A DNA stretch of 64,000 nt, from assembly GCF_009914755.1 (NCBI RefSeq), contig NC_060929.1, one strand, 5' to 3'. The notes beneath the pieces were generated by a model. It was not told the origin of the DNA. It saw nothing but the letters and a program-made list of their open reading frames with translations, and did not search any database. Below, piece after piece: positions 54,166 to 64,000 of the stretch (its first letter is position 1; each line of letters starts with the position of its first letter). Source of the DNA: the human T2T-CHM13v2.0 reference genome, Homo sapiens. A program made the translations under genes and the position numbers.

Positions 54166-56449
54166 AATGAAGCCATTTTTATCTTCCTTTGACAAGGCAA
54201 CTTGTCACCAAAGGGACAGGACATCCTTCTTCAAGTCAACATTTCTAGGGTTTTGCTTATTCTGAATATGGTGGAGGCTATGGTGGTTTACTTGAAGGTA
54301 TGGTTTACTAACCAGACCCCAGAAACTCACCTGTGTGTAAGAGTCTGATTTCTCGAGCATTCGCAGCCCTGCAATAGCAAGTCAGTGAGAATGGCCTTGA
54401 GCACAGCGTCTAATCAGAGCAGGCCCCCACTGGAGTACCAAAAAGGCTGTGAGGGGCACCTGTGACAGTTTGTGGTGAACAACTGTGCAGCAAGACAAAG
54501 TAATACAATCCACGTCCGATTTTTAAGATGCATTCCAGACCAAAGGTCAGGTGCCTCGCTGTCTATAGAAATCAACATACAGCTAATATGTTACATATTG
54601 ATGTCCTATGTATTTCGTAGCAGTCCAAAGTGATCAGTAGCTACATAGTATAAAAGGGAGACAAGTTGTGCCCATTTTATTGCACGTGGTGTTGTATACT
54701 ATACAAACTTCTTAAATTCTTTCTGATTTCTAATCTTTTACAAGCTGAAAAAAATTAAAATATCAACAAGGTTAAATATGAGAAGAAGCAAAAAAATGCA
54801 GAAAAATTTATTTGAGAAGATTTGACAGTTCTTTCAATTGTTATGCTGGCAGGGGCAGGAGGATGCAGAGAAAAAGTCTAAAGAAGAATAAAAGAGCGTT
54901 GACTGAGGAGCAGGAGAGTTTGCAGAAAAGACTAGATGAGAATGAAGACTAAGTGACTTCGAGGGGCTTGGGGAGGGGCTGCTTGAAGATGTCAATGTGG
55001 GAGATGCTTCCTGTTGGTGAGAACCAGCAGAGGTGTGAGACCCTCACTGTGCCCAGTGCCAAGCCCCCACATTGGAAAAACAATAGAAAGAATGCAAAAA
55101 GGATCCACAGTCCTGGGAGACCGAGCTAACAGGCCCTGTTTCATCTTGGACCATGTGATGCGGAGGTTCCTGTTTCAGGTGCTGACTTCCTAATGAGGCC
55201 CTGCGTGGAGAGGTGGCCCCGGGATGCTGTCTATCACACAGTGATAAACAAGGCAGCGACTGTTTCCTGTCCTTTTCTGCGACTGAATCCAGTCTCATCC
55301 GTCCTCCTAGGTGACGACCCATAGTCAACATCCTGCTTTTCCCATTCACGGCTGAAGGATAATGATGCCGGTTTTCATTGTGCTTTCGGACCTTGGGACA
55401 TGAAGGGATAGGCTTTCTTTCCTGCCAGAGATAGGGAAAGGGTGGATGGGAGGGCTTTCCAACAAATGCTTCACCTTCCTCCAGTTGCATAGGAGTGGGG
55501 AGAGCCGAGGGAAATGCAGAGAGGCAGCCCTGGGGCTCCTGAAACCAGGCCAAGAGGTGCATTCAATCAAGGACTGACATTTGCCCATTGACCTCTTATC
55601 GGAGTTGCTAAGTCACTGGGGCCTTTGTGCTGCAGAATTGGAAAGGAAGGGTTCACCCAGCCCGGCCAATCCTGTGCCAGCTCTCTGCCCAGGAGCTGGC
55701 CATTAGCATTTACCTGACATCTGACTGATATCTTCATTTCACTTTGGTAAACAGGCCACCTCAAGGCCAAGGTGACAGTGACCTCTGGCGCTGCACACCG
55801 CACAGGATTCTCCCTGGGGACCCTGGCGAAGCACTTTCGCATCGGCAAGAGCTCCTATTTCCCCTCCCCACCCTCTGATTAGTGCTGACGATAAATAAAT
55901 AACCATCCAACAGAATAGACAGCGGGCAGGCAAGCTGGACAGAGAAAGAGAAGTGTGGAAGGGCATGAGGGAGGGTTGGGAGAGGCAGAGGGGGAGTCGG
56001 ACTTAGAAGGTTGCCTCTGCTGCTCTCCCACTAAGAACAATGCAGCTGCCCAGGAAACACACCCGAGCTATGAATAGGCTCAAGCACACAGGGCGAAGCT
56101 GTCGCATTTCTGCCGTTTAGAAAGGATCTCTAGTGTGAAGTTGCTTGGAGGCTCTGATTTTGCAAACCCAATTAAATATAGATTTCTTTGGGGTGACGGT
56201 TGGGAAGGGTGTGGGTGGAATGTATGTCTGTGCTGCAATGCAATTTAATCCTGAAAGTTTCAGCAAACCTATTCACACACTCCATAAACATTTCTGAGCA
56301 CCTGCTGTGTGCCAAGTGCAAGGCACATCCAGCTGAAGCACACTTTGCCCCCCAAAAACCCATGGTCCAATGGAGTTGCAATGGCTACTACCTACCAGGG
56401 TCAGGCAGGCAACATGAATGAATGAATTAGGGAGGGTGTGGGACATTAG

Positions 56450-56690
56450 GGAGCGGTGGGGACTGCGAGAACGAAGTGCATGTGTCCTCTGTACAGGGAC
56501 TGGGGAGCTATTCAGTCTCAGTTGACTGTCCTGTATTGTGCCTTATGATTTTTAAGGGGAAGCCATATGTTTGGAATTGCTTGTGTGTGTGTGTGTGTGT
56601 GTGTGGTTTTTATTTCTATTTTTTTTTTCTTTAAACACTGTGTGGGCCAAACAAACCATGTCTGTAGGCCTATTGGGACCAGAGAGGATC
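56450..56690 (+). mobile_element. MER102-like remnant containing a (TG)n
   Basis: TTTAAACACTGTGTGGGCCAAACAAACCATGTCTGTAGGCC. Confidence 0.7.
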
Positions 56691-57764
56691 TTCTAATAAC
56701 ATATAATAAGAGTGACATAGAAGGCATCCCAGGGGCTAATGGAAGCCCTAAGTGGGGCATTTAACCCAGCCAAGGGTGGAGTTGGGAGTATCTTCCCAGT
56801 GCAGGTGAACTGAATCTTGGATAATGTTAGCCTAAATCATGGCCTGGTAAATCATGAATGATGGTGTAAATGATTGGAAGAGCCATTCCAGGCAGAGTAG
56901 TAATTTAGCTGGGCACTTTGCACATGCCTGCCCAGCTAAAGACTACATCTCTCAGCCACCCTGGAAACCAAGCATGGCCACCTGACTCATGGTATCTGTC
57001 TCAGTCCTTAAAGGGAAGGAGGGTTCCATTTCTCTGCACACCCCCGCCCCCCTTCCTTCTGGCTAGCAGGCGTGGTTGTCGCCAGCATAGATTGTGGAGC
57101 TGGCAACTCGACTTCTTTGGCTTCAATTTCTGTAAAATTAGGATATTATCTACTCTGAGAGATTTTGAGGGTTAAAGGCTTGATACTTATAAAGTATTGA
57201 GAACAGTGCCTGGCACATACATGGGCTGCCAAGGCATCATCTCATCAATAATTTTCTGTGGACGGTATTCTTTCGCAGCACTCTGGGGAAGGCAGAGCAA
57301 CAAGAGGGCAAGAGCCTGGGTCCCCGTCCCAGACCTGCACCTGCACTAATATGTGAGAAGGCAACTGCACTCTCACCTAAGGCCCAGTGTTTTGAATCTC
57401 TGATGCAGCAACCAGGCTTACAATGAGTAACTCAGAGATTGGGTGGGGTTCTTCCTGGCCAGTGAGAACCAGAGAAAATGGCCTCAAACTGCCCCAAACG
57501 GCATGGCCTGTAAAGTCCAGAGTAGCACTAATCCCCAGGCACATGTGGCTCCTGGAGCCTCTGCCTCATGAGCTCAGCTTTCTCCTGTGCCAACCTGGCC
57601 TGACACATTAATGTTCTCAAGTGACCTAGCCCATTCTCTAGTTTCCATTCGTCAGCAACGACAGCCATTGACATGACCACCATGTGAAGAATTGCTGGTC
57701 TGAGCTGGCTTCACTGAAAGAGGTTTACTGAGTGAGTGCCTGGATGGAGCAGAGCGTGACCATC

Positions 57765-58170
57765 ACACAGACATGACCCCCTGCGGAGGTATCTCCCACC
57801 CCAAGTCTCCTTCCCCTCTGTCCCAGGAGCCCATTTTTTCCAGCTGTGTCTGTGCAGAGGCCACACCTCCCAGAGGCTCCTCCTACCCAGGACTGCCTGG
57901 CAGGAATTGAAGGGGAGCTATCACTGGCAGACACGGAACTCTGCTGTTACTAGACCTTGGCTCAAGGAAGGCACTGCCAAGCCTATCAAGTTGGCACAAC
58001 TGCCTAGAATGCTTCTACCCAATCTTCCTTCCCTCTGTCCTCCACTCAGGGTCTTGCATCACATGGCCTGACTGCTCTCTCTACCCTCCCTTCCACCCAT
58101 TTTCTCTCACAGGCATTTGCCTTCATGAAACCCCTGTGCATTAACTCCCATCTCGGCATCTGTTTCTCCT
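57765..58170 (+). mobile_element. ERVL LTR16-family solo LTR
   Basis: CTCTCACAGGCATTTGCCTTCATGAAACCCCTGTGCATTAACTCCCATCTCGGCATCTGTTTCTC end. Confidence 0.7.
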
Positions 58171-60049
58171 GTAATAACAGTCTGCCAAAGTTTCTTGGAA
58201 GAAGAAAGAGATGCAATTAGTTCTTTCTCACTTAGGGGACTTAATCTACCCCCAGGACGATTTGCATATCTAAACAGAACAATACCTCACTAAGGGTGGT
58301 ATTTCAGGCACCTGGAATACATGTGGGTCATGGTGGAGCTTCCCCAGGTGCCCTCAGATATAAGGGTCTGTTCTGTCCTTAGACAACTGGGAAAGTGAGG
58401 GTGCAATGTCTGGGAGTTGGGAAAGGCCTGGAGCTTTGACTAAGCCTGTTTCAGTCTCTAGGAAGCAATGGGAGGTATCTCATGTACCAGTTGGTATGCT
58501 TTAGGTAGCAGGTAAGAGAAACCCCAATGCCAAATGGTTTAAAGAAGAAGAAAGATCTATGACCCAAGGCAGGGTGTCTCCTGGGGTTCTCCACATTTCC
58601 AAGCATCCAGGTTTCTTCTACTGTCCTTCCTTTCTGGGGTCCTGGGCCTGTCAGTCCTGCCTCAAGTTGTTCTCCTCATGGTGCCAGGATGGTTGCCATA
58701 GCCCAGTCATCACACTCAAATGTACTAATGTTCAAAGGCAAAAAGAGACTGGCATTTTTGTGTTTCTCATTTTAAGAGTGAGCAGTTTTTCCCAGAGTCC
58801 TTTAGCAGGACTGTGGTCAAAATCAGATCACATGCAGTTTTGTATTCATCGTTGTCAGGGGGAATGAGATTGCATGTTCGGCTTGGACAACTGGGATTTA
58901 GTCTTGAGCTAGGAATAGTTACCTTGCCTGAGGAGTGGAGATCAGAATATGACTAGGTTTCTGTTAGCAGAGATAAAAATGGAGGATGGCTCTTGGGAGG
59001 AAGGCAATAGTGTCTTCTGCAGCCTGCACGGGTTTGAAAAACGTGTTGATCCGTCCTCACTTTTCACCATTCAAGGTTCTCACTCTCTATTTTTGCTGAA
59101 CTGTCTTTTGCTTTCCTTGATCTCAAAAGGCAGGAATTTCTTCTTGGTCTCTTGACTACAATTGGTTCTATTTAGCATCTTGCTGGTAGCCAGAATTGGT
59201 CTGATTCCTGTAGCTCATTTTACTGGTAAGTTAACTTTTGGCAGCAAGTGATTAAAATTTTTAGAAGTAATCAGAAGTAATGAAAGATCATTTAGAAATA
59301 ATAACCTTCTATGTGATTTTATATTGAACATGACCTCTAAGTTCCCTTCCAGCTTAATGTTGCACCATAGGAACACAAGCCAGGTCAGCTTTGGGTGACC
59401 CAGGTCTTGGTTCTGGCATGCTGTGCAATTTGGGACAAATGAATGCTCCTCTCTGGGCCTCAGACTGTCAATCCAAAAACTGATTGGGGTGGGTTAGATT
59501 TGGGATGACAAATCACTTCATTTGAGCAGCTAAGTCAGCCTGAGGCATTATGCTAAAGACGACTCAGAAGTTCAATGGTGGAAAGTGCCATAATCCATTA
59601 GTGATGTCTGCCAAGGGTGTGAGATGGGAGAGGATTAGCACACTTTTTGTTGACTGAACTAGAGAATCTCAAATAACCCTTTAGCTCTACTATTCTTTGG
59701 TTTGAATTTCTTTCTTCCTCATAATTTATAGTGACATTTTCAAGAGCCAATCTAGTGTGATAAGGAAATTGGCCTCTGATGGACCGGAAGCTGTGTGACC
59801 TTGGGCTTTTGGTTTTCAAAAACAACATCATTTTGCCACTAGAATTCCTCCATCCATATAGAATCAGAAATAAAATCTTGGTCTGTATCCTCTTTACAAA
59901 TGAACATGTCCTGCTTTATAGACAGGTGCAGGTGTTGATATAGATACAAATATATAGATGAATATATGTGTGTAAATACATACACATGTTACATATATGT
60001 ATACATACATACATATACTCATATGTCTACAAAGCAAGCATGATACATA

Positions 60050-61615
60050 CTAATTCATTCACTTAGTCATTCAACATATATATGTTGCAATCCTATTATG
60101 TGCCAGGCATCGTTTGGGTGCTGAGATACAGCAGGGAGCAAGATGATCAGTCTCTGATCTTCTCAAGGAGAGATCTGAGACTGATCATCTTGGAGCTTTT
60201 ATTCTGGGAGGAGGTTTTATTCTGGTCACAGAGAGAGAGACAATAAACAAATGAGTACATATTATTACATCAGTGTTGTGGAGAAAAATAAAACAAGATT
60301 GGGGGTGCAAGGTGATCCAGAAAGGAAAGTCTTACTTAGGATGAATTGAGATGCCTTCTTAGGTGACACCAGGTAGAAACCTGAAGGTGGTGAGGAAGTG
60401 AGCTCAGCAAAAACAAGACAGAAGAACATTCCAGGCAGAGGGAACAGCAATCACAAATGCTGTAAGGCAGGAATGAGCTTAGCAGCTTCAGGAAACAGCA
60501 ATGAGACCAGTGTGTAAGTGTGTGTTCAGAGGAACACGTTGCCAGAGGAAAAGAGTCTTGGGAAGGGCAGGTGAGGTCAGGAGGGGCCATGTATTGGTCA
60601 GTACAGGCTGCCATAACAGACTACTACAGACTGCATGGCTTTAACAACAGATACTTGTTTTCTCACAGCTCTGCAGACTTGAAATCCAAGATCAAGGTGC
60701 TGGTGGGGTTGGTTTCTGGTGAGGTCTCTCTCCTCAGCTTACAGACAGCCACCTTCTAGCTGTGTTCCCATACGGCTTTTCCTCTGTATAAGCAGGAGGA
60801 GAGTGCTTTGCTATTTCTTCTTCTTTTTAATTTATAATTTAATTTTTTTTTTTTTTGTAAAGACCAGGTCTTGCTATCTTTCCCAGGCTGGTCTTGAAAT
60901 CCAGGCCTCAAGTGATCCTCCTGCCTTGGCCTCCCAAAGTGCTGGAATTACAGGTGTGAGTCACCACGTCCAGCCACCTCTTCTTAAAAGAACACCAATC
61001 CCATCAGATTAGGGACCCACCTCATGACCTCACTTAACCTTAATTATCTACTTAAAGACCCCATCTCCAAATACAGTCATCTTGGGAGTAAGGCCTCAAC
61101 ATATGACTTTGGTGGGACACAATTCAATTCATGACACCAGGTCATGCAGCACTCTGCAGGTGGGGAGACGAGGATGGTGTTGTCAGTGGGATAGAGGCTA
61201 TGAGAGGGCTCTGAGGAGGTGAGGGACTTGGGTTTTAAAGAATCCTTCTGCCTGCTGTGTGGATGGAGTATCTGAGAAGGGAGGGGCACAGCCAGGAGGG
61301 AAGCGGCATTCACAGGAGCTGAGTGAAGAGACTGATGTCATGAAAAGGTAACAGGTGATGGTGACTCTGGCAGTCGAGGGGGTGGTGAGAAACGGTCAGG
61401 TTCTGGATAGATTTTGAAGACGGTGCTGACAGGGTTTGGGATGAATTTTATCTCAGAACGAGGAAAGAGGACTCAGAGAGGACTCCTAGATATTTGGCCT
61501 GGAGCAGCTGGTGTAAGGTAGAGCTGTACACGAGGAAGGAAAAAACTGGGCAAGGGTAGGAGTGGGGCACAGAAATCAGGGTCCTGCTTGGGGCAGGTTG
61601 AGATGTCCATTCGAC
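60050..61615 (-). mobile_element. Long L2 remnant, interrupted by MLT1A
   Basis: CATTCAACATAT ... TATGTGCCAGGCA; AAGAACATTCCAGGCAGAGGGAACAGC; TCAGGTTCTGGATAGATTTTGAAG. Confidence 0.8.
60590..61136 (-). mobile_element. MLT1A-type solo LTR with an inserted Alu left-arm fragment (about 60841-60975)
   Basis: GGCTGCCATAACAGACTACTACAGACTG ... TCCAAGATCAAGGTGCTGG ... ATCTCCAAATACAGTCA ... GGACACAATTCAATTCATGACA. Confidence 0.87.
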
Positions 61616-61872
61616 GGCTATGGGGGTGTCTGGAGTGGGAAGACACAGATTAAGTTGTATCTGCTAATACGCATTTCAGGACTACCATGCCTCAGAGCCA
61701 GTGCTCCGCATTTTATACGTGGGATCTCCTTTAATTTTCATAACAACATCTTGAACAGTTTATACTATTTTTTATTAAATCTAAAACTGTTGATTGTGTG
61801 ACATGCTGTGGTTCCAGATCTGCTAAAATGTGAAAAATTACGCATCTTAGAATAGATGAAACATGATAATAT

Positions 61873-62413
61873 TGTGTCCAAAGTTTGTTCCTTCCAGTGG
61901 GTTCATGGTCTCACTGACTTACAAGAATGAAGCCGCGGACCCTCGTGGTGAGTGTTACAGCTCTTAAGAGTGGTGAAGACCGAAAGAGTGAGCAGCAGCA
62001 AATTTACTGTGAAGAGTGAAAGAACAAAGTTTTCACAGAGTGGAAAGGGACCCTAACGGGTTGCCACTGCTGCGGTGGCCAGCATTTATTCTCTTATTTG
62101 TCCCCGCCCATGTCCTGCTGATTGGTCCATTTTACAGAGTGCTGATTGGTCCATTTTACAGAGCACTGATTGGTCCATCTTACAGTGTGCTGATTGGCCC
62201 ATTTTACAAACCTCTAGCTAGCCACAGAGCGCCGATTGGTGCATTTTTACAGAGTGCTGATTGGCTCATTTTACAAACCTCTAGCTAGCCACAGAGCCCT
62301 GATTGGTGCGTTTTTACAGAGCACTGATTGGCACATTTTACAAACCTCTTGTAAGACAGAAAAGTTCTTCAAGTCCCCACCCAACCCAGAAGTCCAGCTG
62401 GCTTCACCTCTCA
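61873..62413 (-). mobile_element. LTR12-family (ERV9) solo LTR
   Basis: GAATGAAGCCGCGGACCCTCGTGGTGAGTGTTACAGCTCTTAA; tandem CTGATTGG repeats; CCAGCTGGCTTCACCTCTCA end; 4-bp TSD ATAT. Confidence 0.93.
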
Positions 62414-63314
62414 ATATTATTTTCATTTTTCAGATAAAGAAACTGAGACTTCAGTAGCTTGGTAGTATCTCAAGGCTAGTAGTGGTCAGAGTTGGGATTC
62501 CTGCTCTTGATTCTTCCTGGTTACTATTTACAATACATGTGAAATGCTTAGCAACATGACTGGCACACTGTGGCCCTGATGATCAGCTGTTTAATGCAAT
62601 GCACAGTACACAACACAACATGCATTCTACAATATGCTGTGCATACAGGTCAGAAGACAGTGTGCAGGCCTTGTGCAAAGGACCATACCAATGTCTTGGA
62701 GCTAAAAAACCACACATTTAGGTATACTATTGTATAACTGCCCTGTAGACTCCAATTTGCAAGTATTAGAGTGAGAAAAAACATATTCTTAAGAATAAAC
62801 AACCTAAATCCTGCACCAATTCAATTTTGCTTTGGGGTACCAGGAGAGAGAAATTTTTCTCAATACTTATCATGCAGTCTCCCTTGTTTTCAAGGAAAAG
62901 TGTTTCTGCATAGAAACACTCAAGTCAAAGGGCAGCTGCCTGTGGGACATGTGACTCTGGGGGTTTTTTCACACATCAGCAGCTGCAGTTTTGGAACTGG
63001 GTGAAGGGTATTTCCACCCTCTGCAAAATGAAGGCTAAATGAAAGCTACCCAGATGAGAACTGTTTAGATGAGAGGAATATAAGCCGTATGCTTGGGCCT
63101 TAGATATTCCCAGTTTCTTCTCAGAAGCGGAAAGTTGTTCCGAACAGGGTCTAAGCATGATAAGTCTGGAAGATTTAGAAATACTACGCATTTTGTGACG
63201 TGTGGAAGTCATTGTCATCGATTATTTATTTTGTCAATGGGGCTTGTCTTAGGATCTTGGTAGTCAAAGGCCAGAAAAATTAAGTAGGTCTTACAAGGAC
63301 TCAAAAATTCAAAC

Positions 63315-64000
<686 letters not shown>

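Noticed and set aside
55044-55562. 172-aa minus-strand ORF
   Set aside because: No recognisable family or motif; the length is within chance expectation for a 64-kb six-frame scan.

Overview
Primate, very likely human, non-coding genomic DNA (intergenic or deep intronic). I found no credible protein-coding exon chain, CpG island, tRNA, rRNA or snRNA. The window is a mosaic of transposable elements: about 17 Alus (AluJ, S and Y, most with readable target-site duplications, TSDs), a near-full-length L1PB-type LINE with an internal ORF2 deletion (31570-36704), a tailless rearranged L1PB ORF2 fragment (47887-48636), solo LTRs (LTR12/ERV9, THE1, MST, MLT1, LTR16/33), hAT DNA transposons (Charlie1-like, MER53, MER119, MER102, MER5) and many L2 and MIR remnants. 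It also holds a 25-bp C/T-rich minisatellite and several repeat-free stretches with enhancer-like motif clusters. All ORF-track entries are explained by repeats, low complexity or chance. I cannot support a new biological system here. The best leads are a pre-miRNA-shaped hairpin in an L2, two L1 rearrangements with matching breakpoints, a local templated duplication, and some motif and splice-site clusters. Repeat subfamily names come from my recollection of consensus sequences, not from a RepeatMasker run.
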